A DNA stretch of 64,000 nt from Phoronis australis (lineage: Eukaryota > Animalia > Phoronida). Positions 26,980 through 39,600 of the stretch are shown piece after piece. Position 1 is the first letter of the stretch. Each line of letters begins with the position of its first letter. The notes below the pieces were generated by a model. It did no database searches. It had not been told where the DNA came from and saw only the letters and a list, made by a program, of their open reading frames with translations. Location: contig NMRA01000839.1 in assembly GCA_002633005.1 (NCBI GenBank), positions 22,330 to 86,329 on the forward strand. The letters are read 5' to 3'. The translations under genes were made by a program, and so were the position numbers.

Positions 26980-27955
26980 GGGACAGACATCACTGCCCAT
27001 TGGACGGGTCCACAAGTGCTCAGTCCTTCTCTGCAGCAGCCAAGAAAGAGTCACACTGATGATGGTTCCCATGATGAGCTGGTTAATCCGGTATCTACTT
27101 TCTCCTCGTAAGGTGGATCTGATGCCGCTTCCTCTGACAACATGAAGCTCAGTTAGTCTTTCCAGGGTGGTACTTTCTGAGAGAGCCTCCATCTCCTGGT
27201 CTTTCAGTGCCATAAAAACATCCTTCTCGCTCCAAGTGACATCTTCCAAAAGTTCAGGTGTTTCAGCCTGCTTCCTTCCATTCTGGTTTGATAAAGCCAC
27301 TCTTGATTTTCCTTAGCATGCTCTGCGAGTCCGTAGCAATCACTGCCCCTGTGTTGCTGGTGGTGCGGAGCCATCCGAGAGCCGTGGCTGCCTGCTCTTC
27401 CATCCGCATGCTGCTGATTGTCATCAAGTATGCACTACTTTGTTCTGCAACACACCGACCTCCCACGCGTGCTGTGAATCTCCAGCCTGATTTGACACCC
27501 CTGACGACTGACCCATCTGTGAAGATAATGGCATCCCATAGTTTGCTGTTCTCTTCAATGAGTGCACAGAACTCAGTGTTCACAACTATTCCACTGCGTT
27601 CTCGGCATTCCCGTCCCAGTGTGATGACAACCTTTGTGCAATTAGCCAATGTGTCCCTAATAGGTATCCACTATTTGTCTCTCCTTATGCTCCCAGTCTT
27701 GCACACCGAAGCAACCGTATCCTCCGCCTGAGCCATCCAAGATCGCACGCGTTTCAGTTGACTACCCTTATCTACTCCTATTTCTTTGTGCAGGAGGTGG
27801 TCTTTGTCAGATGCCACTCGGAAGAATGCCTTGACTTGAGCATGCCTGTGTCGTTGTGTGATGCTTGGTAATCCAAGAACATGGCGCATTGCATCAGTTG
27901 ATGTGTTTCTAGTGCAGCCAAATACTACCCTCATGCCTTCATTCTGCCCGCGTTG
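26980..27955 (-). mobile_element. Degenerate RNase H-bearing non-LTR retrotransposon fragment (I/Ingi-group-like)
   Basis: QNEGMRVVFGCTRNTS..AMRHVLGLP (post-RT), IIFTDGSV...SSMRME..A...VIATDSQSML (RNase H D-E-D), then RINQLIMGTI. Stops and frameshifts; the WVPGH..GNE segment is missing. Confidence 0.8.
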
Positions 27956-28530
27956 AATGAGCAGCTTTTCTGCTCCAGTGACAGACTTTGATTATACAAC
28001 AAAAATTCAAAGCACGTTGCTGGAATTCATGAACAAAGTGCACCACAAGAGCTGTTGGGACTTGAACGGGGAAAAGCTAATTTTCCAATCCTATACACTT
28101 GTGTCTTCAGCCTTCAATAGAAATTTCAATACGTTATTGGACGTACTAATTCCGTCATTTCCCTTAATTATCGTTTTTAGACCTAGTCAAAGACTTATGA
28201 AATTATCAAAACTCAAGTAACCTTTGGAAACGAAGCAAAACAGTAATGTTGTCTATAAGATCAATTGCAAGGACTGTAATGAATTTTACGTTGGTATGAC
28301 AACGAGGATACTTAGCAACAGTATAACATTCCAAAGGTGCCAACAGAGCCTTATTTAATCATTCGATAGATTCATACCAATACGTTGTTTGTAATGATGT
28401 AAAGATACTAGATCATGATGTGAATAGAGCTAACCTCAGTTAATCCGTGAAGCCTTACCCATCAACGAGCTACATGGTGAGTACAGTTTGAATAAGAACT
28501 TAGGGGCTTTTAACCTCCAGTTGTGGTGGT
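27956..28530 (+). mobile_element. Penelope-like element remnant (GIY-YIG endonuclease region)
   Basis: IIVFRPSQRL...K*PLETKQNSNVVYKINCKDCNEFYVGMTTRIL reads through 28170-28315; decayed. Confidence 0.75.
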
Positions 28531-29274
28531 TGATAGTTGACTTCATTAGACTGGGTGTCTCTCTACTTGTCACCGAGGAAATATTTCTAGTAAAAGTCTA
28601 CGCAATTATGTACAGGATATTAGAAAGAAATCCACTCGAGAAGACATCAGAGGTAACTGAGACGGTCATACAAAGTGAATATCTTTCTACTGTTACTGAT
28701 GCCGTTGAAAGCATACATTTAACCCTTTACAGTCGACATGCAGATGAATTGAGATCCAAAAAATGAGTGACATTTGCTAAAAACATGGCGGTANTGTACA
28801 AACATCGTGTCAAGATAACCATGCATGTAGTAGAATTTATAACGATAGTCATAATTACGATACTTAAGATTGTCTGTCCTATGAGATGCTTTGCCTCGTT
28901 GAGTTTCAAAGTGGGTCACGTTTTCGTGTGTACCTTTAAAAGCAACAGTTCGCTTATTGATGTTTCATTAGTATGATTTTAAGACACTAGTTTTCCTCAA
29001 TGCACGCAATAATTACCTAGCCGCGTTTGCATGTGGGACATTTCTTGACTTTGATTATCAACTTACAAGCTATGAAACTGACGTAACAATTCCATTAAAA
29101 GACGATTTTTCAGAGAAACGCAGTCACGTGAATTGGAGTACCTGGGCCGTGCCTAAATAAAAGTCTATGAACATCGAGGATTTTTTTAAAGTTAACGTTT
29201 TACGGGTATAAAAGTAACGTGGAAGGATTACTCACCAGGACTCAATGAGTGCTTATGGCATGTTGTCATTACAA

Positions 29275-29390
29275 CCTTCCTTCTCGTAGTTACGACTTCT
29301 TTCCGGTAAAAACGGGTTTTCCTCGTAGTTAAATGTACGAGAAAAATCGCTATTACGAGACAAAAGTCCTTATTACGAGAAAAAGGAGAT
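29275..29390. repeat. Short inverted array of TTCTCGTARTTACGA subrepeats (transposon remnant)
   Basis: CTCGTAGTTA x2, followed by TATTACGAGA x2 in opposite orientation. Confidence 0.5.
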
Positions 29391-30676
29391 ATTGCTCCTT
29401 TTCCCAAAAATTTATTTCGTTGCTTGGCACTAAAACGCTGTCAAAAAAGTGTTGCGACGAGAATGAATAATTCCAACCAATGAGCTTCATGTAAATGAGA
29501 CAAACGCAGTTAAGCCACGCCTACAATGGTTGCTGTTGTGAAATCGCACAAGCGCAACGCGCAGATATGACGCGGAGTCCTGTGTAAGCGTACCGCATTA
29601 ACAGAACCTCGGTGTGTTGCAGATATTTCTTTGAGACTGTGAGTTTAAGGAGACACACAACGACAAAGGGTCGTGGAGGGAAATTCATGACTTCACACTT
29701 GAATATGTCAACAGTTCCAAGTCTCTGTATCCGTAGATCCATAACCTATTTACACCATCTGAATTGCATTCAGATGTTCAATCGATTCAAATACCTTCAC
29801 ATGAGGACACAATCTGGTGCTTTAGGGACTCTTCCATAGATCACTTGTCCTCAGGTGATAGACGGCTGGTGATGGCAATTGATTGTCCTATGTTGGGAAT
29901 AGTTATACACGAGTTTAATTTTTTTGCGTTTCTGAGTAAATCGCCTGACGTACTCTAATCCACATGTTTGACTGTTTACCTAATTCCATATTAGATAGGC
30001 GTAAAGAAAATATTATGCGAAACTTTTTAAATACAAATATGTTTCATTTTGTGCTAGACGATTCTGAAATACTTTCCTGGGCTCTTGGGCAGTTGTCTAC
30101 CGTATGGGTGAATTATATAATTCATGAACTGTTGCTTTTTCTTCCGAAGTTGCGGATTCGAAAGTAGAGCAAGTACGTATTGGACTTGGCTGAGGAAATG
30201 GAGTTATATTAATGTGAGCATTTTTATGAGAAGGATTTGATGAAAGCAAAGGCCTCACTTAGATTCTCGTTTTTAAAGATACATTAAATTTGTGTAAAAC
30301 ATGAAAAAACATTTGCGAAAGCAATAAATATTGTGCCGCCGCGGCACACTAATTACTCCTCTGTCAAAAATCGTTCTCGATTATTCATGCACGTCACCAA
30401 ATTCATACTCCACCACGTTTTTACATGGAAACCAATATTTCAGTTTTATTGCAAGTCGCACATTTAAACTAGTTGATAAAAGACCCCTGCGCGATCTTTC
30501 AATATCAGTCGGGGAAATGCATGCACCCATCCTACGACTTATCTGTGAAGGGCGTTCCAGGTTGTGCTGAGATAACGCAAGAGTAATAATTAAGTATGAT
30601 ACGTTTTACACCAGTAGTCGTGCTGCTGTAGTCTCTGTTCTGATAACGCTACGTACATGTACGTTTACATTGCAGC

Positions 30677-33600
30677 ATGTTGACGTCGCTATTTCTCATC
30701 TCTGCAGGTGTCATGGCAGCTGCAGGAAGTGTTCTGAGAGGTGATTTCCTCCATGAGAAGTTTCCGGAAGATTTCAAGTGGGGCGTTGCTACCTCATCTT
30801 ACCAAATAGAAGGTGGTTGGAACGCGAGTGGTACGTGTCGTAGCACTGATAATCTGTCTTTTAAGAAGCACTGCGTGCTTGCTCAACTGGTAAGAATGTA
30901 CGTTGCTGTTCAAACTCTTTACAAAAAGCTGTTTTGAACAAACTCGATCATCCATTGACTGTGACCGTTCTTACGTCGCGGTAATTACATACTTGTTAAC
31001 GTCCTAGTAGTCTTATTAGGACACATGCCATCTACTGCGACGGGGAGGCGCGAAACTGATGATTGCGTACTTTGACCTTAGGCCTATTCGTCTACCGTGG
31101 GTGATCCAATATCCCTACGCACAAGCGCTTAGGGAATTGTAGAATGTTTAGTTTCAGTTAGTCAAACAATCATTCCGTGACTTCGCTCGCATGCGTGCAT
31201 GAGTGGGAGATCCACTCATCTCTCACGGAGATTTGGGGACCCCGGAGGCTGTTCCGCATATTATGAGGCGCCGCTGGATCAATTGAATTCTGTAGCACCA
31301 GTGAACAAAAGCGATAGTTCCGTTACGGGCGGGTACAGTGTGTACCGTCTGTACATGTATGTGTCCTTCATACACGTAAATAATGCTCTGCACTCTTTTT
31401 CGAGTTCAACGATATTGTTATTTTTTGAGTGACAAGTCCAATTGACTTGATGCTACAATGCTTTGCAGGAAAATGTTTGTGATATTCAAGAGCAAATTAG
31501 CATTTTATGTAAGTCCCCAACGTTAATATTGTTGACAAATCTTCAATGTGTACAGGTTATTTAGGACCTTATCAACAAGTCTGATTAATTAGCCAAATAC
31601 CCACAAAGTTCAGTGTAGACTATAACTCGATTAACGTAGTCATATTCTGAAAACTGACAGCTTGTATAATTTTGTATTGGATATTATACCAGTGTGCCAT
31701 TAATTGGTTTATATAAGCACGTGTTTTTAATAAACTTTAATTAGCGAAAAAGAAAGATACAATCAAAAACTACAACAAGGGTAAATTTCGTTTGATGCAA
31801 TTGTTCAATACAAAATTTCAAATAAGCTGTTGCAATTTCCTAATTAAAATTTGTTTCCATTGGATACAAATATTGATCTTTAAAAAACATGAGAATCCTA
31901 CTTTCTGATAGTCCCTGATTAAAAAATGGAGTATTTCAAAAACAATTCCTTGAAGAACAGTGTATAAGCATCATATCTAAATGTTTCATATGAATCCGAT
32001 CAGCAGCATATGATGTTCCGAAATGTTTCTAGGTTGCCACGTGACCTTAATATAAGTTCTCCTCGTCCATATATTACCTTTACTGTTATTTTCATCTGGT
32101 CGTGGCTTGCGTGGTAGCGTGCGCGACATTTTTCTGGTTATATCTGAAAGGAGGTCAGCTAAACTACAGCTTGACTCCCAAATTCGTTCGACATTCCCGT
32201 TCTCGATCCTTCAGAATCACCTGGCAACAAGATTGCCCTCCTTGAGGCGTACCTCGTATGACCTCTGCCCATGACATACATCAAATGCTACTGAGTGGAC
32301 GTTAATTTCCGGAAGGAAGGGAGAGCGCCCGTTACACCCCCTGTCTACGAACATGCGTCTTGTGCTAATTTTTTTCGTCTCACGAAATGGGATCTCATTG
32401 GATGATTATCTGTTTAGGAAAAGGAGAAAGCATTTGGGACAGGTTTACTCACGATGGCGGTCACGTGGAAGGGAATGCAACAGGCGACATCGCTTGTGAC
32501 AGTTATCACAACTACGCCGATGACGTCAGGATTATTAAAGAGCTTGGGGTATTTGGTTGTCTTTATCTCAGCACAAATTTGATTCTTATACAGACGTTTA
32601 CGATAATGATAGGGCATAATGATTCTATGCATTGTCCTTACAGTGTAGAAAACGTTTGCATACTGCTAAACTATTCACGTATTTTACATGATAGGATAGT
32701 GGAAACACCAAAATATATACACGTGTTTTGGAATTAAGCACTTTCATGACGACTTGGAATGGAAAAGTACTAAGTGGAACGCGATTCAAGTCTCTTGAGC
32801 TACATTTCACAGCAAAATAAAAGTTTACTGTAACCAAAATTGTAGGTTTCTCAATACCGATTCTCTATTGCCTGGGCACGTATCTTACCAAATGGGACGC
32901 TGTCAGGGGGTATAAATGAGGAGGGCGTCAACTACTACCACAAACTTATAGATGCATTGATGGAGGCGGGAATAGAGCCGATGGCGACTTTGTACCATTG
33001 GGACTTACCACAGGCACTCCAGGAGGCGTATGGTGGATGGGTGGGCGAGCAATCGATACAGCACTTTATTGACTACGCCGACACGTGCTTTCAGCGGTTT
33101 GGTAAAAAGGTTTGTTCTGAATAATGAACTAACTTGTACAGTGTAAGGAAGATTAGACGCTATTTAAGTATATCGTCTTCTAGCACAGGTGGACATGAGA
33201 ATAGCACCAACATCACCACTAGTTATGTCAAATGTAGCCAGCCAGCTAGCAGTATGAAGACTATCGTCAAAATACAGCTAGCTAGGTACCACTGTGTGTA
33301 TTTCTTCCGTAGACCTCGAAATTGCTCACAGCCAGGGCAGTTCTGTTTGCACCTCGCCGTGAAACTTGTATCAACATGTAAAGTTAAAGATCGGACGGGG
33401 TGCATGCAAAATCTGAGAATCAACCGGCACTCACCTTGCCCGTTACAACCGTTTAAGTAAAAAACAATGCAACAATCGTCATTTTCTTTCGTCATTCTCG
33501 ACCTTTTGTAATAATGAAAAGTATGTCGTCGTTTTGAAAACAATACGCTCGTGTCACGCGCACATGCCATTTCCTAAAATTTTGCGACATCTCTCGGGAG

Positions 33601-36600
33601 ATGATGATGGCTTGGCAGCAGCAAAATTTCTTCTGAAATTCGGTATCAAAATATTAAAAACTTATAATGAAGTGAAAGCAGTTCCGATAATTTGTTGTGA
33701 CGTGTACGCAACAGTTGATTGAAGAATCGGCAAAAAAAGAAACTGAACAATAGGTGACGCAGTATTTTATGGCGCCGAAAGACGTCGCTAAAGATCGCTC
33801 CACAAACTTAGCAGCAGAATAACGGTTGAACGCCATTTTTCCAACACCGTTGAATAATTTAGTTTACTCAAAGAAGACTGTAGTTTTTAATGACACTGAT
33901 TTTGTGTCAGATTTTATCTTACCACTTCGGTGCAAAGCTGTATGTTTAGTATACAGCTTTGTCATACCAAGGCCATGTAAAATGCTTCCGGTTCCACATG
34001 TAGTGTACCCACTTATTGAACAAAATGACACTCACCGGTATCACAAGTGCACGTCGTATATTCGCCCGCTGGTTGTAGACAATGCCAGTCAACAACGTTA
34101 CATTTAGAGCAAACCACTCGTGCTAACTAGAGTTTGATACTAATTAAATGATATCACGTGATCAGGTCCTAAAAATCTTCCGGCTGTAAAAGCCAACGAT
34201 TGACTTGTCTCATGAATTCTGCAAATGCTTTGAACCAAGCACAATAGCCGTCTAATTTATGAGTCAATACAAACCATAACTGATATCACAAAAGTCGTGG
34301 GAATCGCACACGTGTTCATGTTAGTGATAAATTAGTGGATTTTCACTGTAATACAAGCCCCTTGATACTCCTGTGCAGTAACAGTGTCACGTGTACGTGA
34401 AGTAACCTAAAAGGTCGCTGTACGGTCACGTGACACGGTCACTGCACTTTCAGATGTGGTATTAAAGTGTACGCAACATGACTCTAGTACCTCAAAATAA
34501 ATTTTATTATTATATCTTACTTGATTTCAGTGCCTTTAGTGCACAGCTTATAAAGAAACACGTAAAATTTGAAAAAAATAATAATTATGTACAACGTCAT
34601 GGGTTGAACCCAAGTCGTTCGGCACACTGTTCGGATCAGCAACTAAGTGTATAGAGTGAAGTGAAAGTAAAGTATATTTAGCGTCGAGAAGGTTCGTAGA
34701 GGGATGAAAAGATGTGTTTTCGGAGGCTGCAGCAACAGCAGTCAGACGGAGAACGTCTCGGTGTTCCGAAGGACGCCAAAGTTGCGCACTAGTGGCATCG
34801 CTTCGTGCGCCGAACGAGAGTGTGGGACCTCAGCGTGGACCAAGTGATTCTGTCCGGAGCCACTCTGNNNNNNNNNNNNATCACAACTACGCCGATGACG
34901 TCAGGATTATTAAGGAGCTGGGGGTATTTGGTTGCATTTATCTCAACTCAAACTTGCTTCTAATGCAGACATTTACGATAATGATAGGGCATAGTGATTC
35001 AACGCATTATCCTTACAGTGTGGAAAAAGTTTGCCTACTGCTAAGTTATTCACGTATTTACATGATAGTGGAAACGCTAACATACATACACGTGTTTTGG
35101 AATTAAGCACTTTCATGAGGACTTGGAAAAGTACTAAGTGGAACGCGATTCCAGTCTCTTGAGCTACATTTCACAGCAAAATAAAAGTTTACTGTAACCA
35201 AAATTGTAGGTTTCTCAGTACCGCTTCTCCATTGCCTGGACACGTATCTTACCGAATGGGACGCTGTCAGGGGGGATAAATGAGGAGGGCGTCAACTACT
35301 ACCACAAACTTATAGATGCATTGATGGCGGCGGGAATAGAGCCGATGGCGACTTTGTACCATTGGGACTTACCACAGGCACTCCAGGACGCGTATGGTGG
35401 ATGGGTGGGCGAGCAATCGATACAGCACTTTATTGACTACGCCGACACGTGCTTTCAGCGGTTTGGTAAAAAGGTTTGTTCTGAATAATGAACTGACTTG
35501 TACAGTGTAAGGAAGATTAGACGCTATTTAAGTATATCGTCTTCCAGCACAGGTGGACATGAGAATAGCACCAACATCACCACTAGTTATGTCAAATGTA
35601 GCCAGCCAGCTAGCTGTATGAAGACTATCGTCAAAATACAGCTATAGCTAGGTAGCCTTGGTACAAAGCTTTGCACCGATGCGGGTAAAAAAGTGGTAAG
35701 ATAAAATCTGACACAAAATTAGCGTCATTAAAAACTACAGTCTTCCTTGACTAATTTAAATTATTTAACGGTGTTGGCAAAAATGGCGTTCTACCGTTAT
35801 TCTGCTGCTAAAGTTGTGGAGCGATCTTTAGCGACCGCTTTCGGCGCCATGAAATTTTGCGTCACCTATTGACCAGTTTCTTTCTTCGCCGATTCTTCAA
35901 TCAACTGTTGTTCTTTCACGAGGTTGCGTACACGTCACAACAAATTATCAGAACTGGTTTCACTTCATTAAAAGTTTTTAGAATTTTGGTACCGAAAAAT
36001 CGAATTTCAGAAGAAATTTTGTTGCTTCCAAGCTATCATTATCTCCCAAGAGATGTCGCAAAAGTTTAGGAAATGGCGCGTGCGCGTGACACGAGCGTAC
36101 TGTTTTCAAAACGACGAAATACTTTTCATTGTTAGAAAAGGCAGAGAGTTACGCAAGAAAATGACGTTTATTGCATTGTTTTTCACTTAAACGGCTGTAA
36201 CGGGCAAGGTGAGTGTCGGTTGACTCCCACATTTTGCATGCACACCGTCCGGTCTTTAGCTTTACATGTTGATACAAGTTTCATGGCGCGGTGACGAGCA
36301 TAACTACCTTGGCTGTGTGCAATTTCGCTGTCTATGGAAGAAATACACGCAGTGGAACCTAGCTGCATTTTGACGACAGTCTTCATACAGCTAGCTGGCT
36401 GGCTACTAGCTAGGTACCACTGTGTGTATTTCTTCCGTAGACCTCGAAATTGCTCACAGCGAGGGCAGTTCTGCTTGCACCTCGCCGTGAAACTTGTATC
36501 ATGTAAAGCTAAAGATTGGACGGGGTGCATGCAAAATCTGAGAATCAACCGGCACTCACCTTGCCCGTTACAACCGTTTAAGTCAAAAACAATGCAACTT

Positions 36601-39600
36601 TCGTCATTCTCGACCTTTTGTAATTATCATAATGAAAAATATGTCGTCGTTTTGAAGAAAGTACGCTCGTGTCACGCGCACACGCCATTTCCGAGTCCTA
36701 AATTTTTGCGACATCTCTCGGGAGATGATGATGGCTTGGCAGCAGCAAAATTTCTTCTGAAATTCGGTTTTTCGGTATCAAAATATTAAAAACTTATAAT
36801 GAAATGAAACCAGTTCTGATAATTTGTTGTGACGTCTACGCAACAGTTGATTGAAGAATCGGCGAAAAAAGAAACTAAACAATAGGTGACGCAGTAGGTC
36901 TATTTTATGGCGCCGAAAGACGTCGCTAAAGATCGCTCCACAACCTTAGCAGCAGAATAACGGTTGAACGCCATTTTTCCAACACCGTTAAATAATTTAG
37001 TTTACTCAAGGAAGACTGTAGTTTTTAATGACACTAATTTTGTGTCAGATTTTATCTTACCACTTCGGTGCAAAGCTGTATAGTATTTAGTATACAGCTT
37101 TGTACCAATGCCATGTAAAATGCTTCCGGTACCACATGTAGAGTACCCACTTGTTGAACAAAATGACACTCACCGGTATCACAAGTGCACGTCGTATATT
37201 CACCCGCTGGTTGTAGACAATGCCAGTCAACAACGTTACATTTAGAGCAAACCACTCGCGCAAACTAGAGTTTGATACTAATTAAATGGTATCACGTGAT
37301 CATTGAGGTCCTAAAAATCTTCTGGCTGTAAAAGCCAACGATTGACTTGTCTCTTGAATTCTGCAAATGCTTTGAACCAAGCACAATAGCCGTCTAATTT
37401 ATGAGTCAATACAAACCATAACTGATATCACAAAAGTCGTGGGAATCGCACACGTGTTCATGTTAGTGATAAATTAGTGGATTTTCTCTGTAACAATACA
37501 AGCCCCTTGATACTCCTGTGCAGTAACAGTGTCACGTGTACGTGAAGTAACCTAAAAGGTCGCTGTACGGTCACGTGACACGGTCACTGCACTTTCAGAT
37601 GTGGTATTAAGATATGTTTATGAGGCGTGGAACGCGAAAAATAGACTAAATTGCATTATCCAGAGTGGTTCTCTGTCACTGAAACAGGATTCAACCTGCT
37701 CACGGTTTGTTCGTAAAGTTTTGAATTTCTGGGGATGTGAAAGGAATTTTCTTTTACCGCCATTGCATTTTTAGTGATGTCGTCTGCGTATTAAGCCCGA
37801 TAAACTTTCGATTCACTGTTTAGTTTATCTGGCGTAGTTTCAAATCTGAGAAAAGCGACCTGCCAACTGTTCGTCCCACAACGAAAGGCACGTTTCCTTA
37901 TTTGATATGGCAAGACATAGACGTAGCACATTTCCCTTATACGGAAAATGTGACCTTTATTTGATTTTGGAAAATTACTTGCTTCACTGGCTTGCCTCAT
38001 ACTGTGCTGTCTACCTCTGATTGGGAGTGCGATCATACATGATAATCTGCCGTTGATGTCGAATTGTTAAAAAGATATTTTTGATGAGTTTCCACGTTCC
38101 ATGCCTCTTTTGCATAGGTGAGTGTTATTTATCCTCAGTCGAGGCAAATATAAGTCATCCAAAACACGTGTAGTTTAACATACAATTACATCCGTCGGTA
38201 GAAATGCAGGACATAAACGCGTGTTTTAAAGTTTACAATACAGCAATGTACTAAGCACAGAACCACCATCTTAAACAGCGTTCTCTGTCACCAACAGGTT
38301 AAGCGTTGGGCTACATTCAACGAGCCATCTTCTACCATTTTATTGGGATACGGCCTAGGTATCCATGCGCCGGGTATCAGCGATCCTGGTGTCAGTACGT
38401 ACAAAGCAGGACACAACATTCTAAGAGCGCACGCCAAAGTCTACAGACTCTACGACACAAAATACAGACCCACACAAAACGGTACTTTCATCAATCGTTC
38501 CTGGAGTTATTTAACGTAGTAGATGAGTTTACTGAAGACCCAGTCTTACTAATTCATCACTGGCAAAAATCAGAATGAATTTGGATCCCCCTACTGTGCC
38601 CTGACAAATTCAAATGTATCTGTTCAATCACCAATACTCGTATTTTAATACCGGAATGCTACAGTGTAATTAGCTATGAAGAAGTTTATGTAGACAGCAC
38701 AGTTCAGTTAAAAACATACAAAACCCTGTTTTGATCTATCAACCATTCTTCATTACGTCACCTGTTAATGCATCATTGGAGTCAATCTTGAAAGATAAAA
38801 GCATGAATCATCTAAAAACTCATATTCTCTAGCTCACAAATTGGATATTACGGTCGTTCGTGGGTGGTCTTTTTCCCCACAGTTGCCATGTATTTCATTA
38901 AAAGCCTAGACCACTTGCACATTTAGCAGGTTTTAAAAGAGGTTTTCATTTTTTTCTGCAAACTTTTAAAGGTTGTCGAGGGTTTAAAAGCATTAGTTTG
39001 TTTCAGAGAACTGGATGGAAAAGTCGTTTTTAGTATGTGTTAATAGGCCAAAACCGGGTTTGGTATCCTTTTAAGAGAACATCATTTTCATCCTTAGGCA
39101 AAGTCACAATAATTCTCAGTTCGCACTGGAAAGAACCAAAAGATTGGAATAATCCTTGGGATGTTTATGCGTCCGAGATGGCGCAAGAGTTCTCGCTAGG
39201 ATGGTTCGCCCACCCAATTTATGTAAACGGGGACTACTCGCAAATTATGAAGGATCAGGTAAGACACAATTAAGATATGCGCAAAATAATGTGATCTGAA
39301 ATGTTATGAATGACCATGTTAAATTTGTATGTGTGCGTGTGTGTGTGTGTGCGCGCGCTCGCGTGTGTGTGATTTTATAAATGAAGGGTGTTCCCTTGAA
39401 GCCAATAGGATCGCCCAGTCTTCAGAAAAGTCAGCTTAGACCGCTTGCCGTTATGGAATTGGCTTAAAAAATTCCTTAGAGTAAAAATGCGATTGATGGA
39501 GTTGTAAAGATCTAACAATTCGTTATTATTTAAGACCAGGTTGCTCACGTGAACTTGTCACGGAGCGCCATTTTATTTGCAGACCAATTTTCAGTTCTTT

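Noticed and set aside
33134-36789. Cys-rich 108-151 aa ORFs repeated on both strands
   Set aside because: By-products of the repeated, palindromic non-coding element; no recognisable domain.
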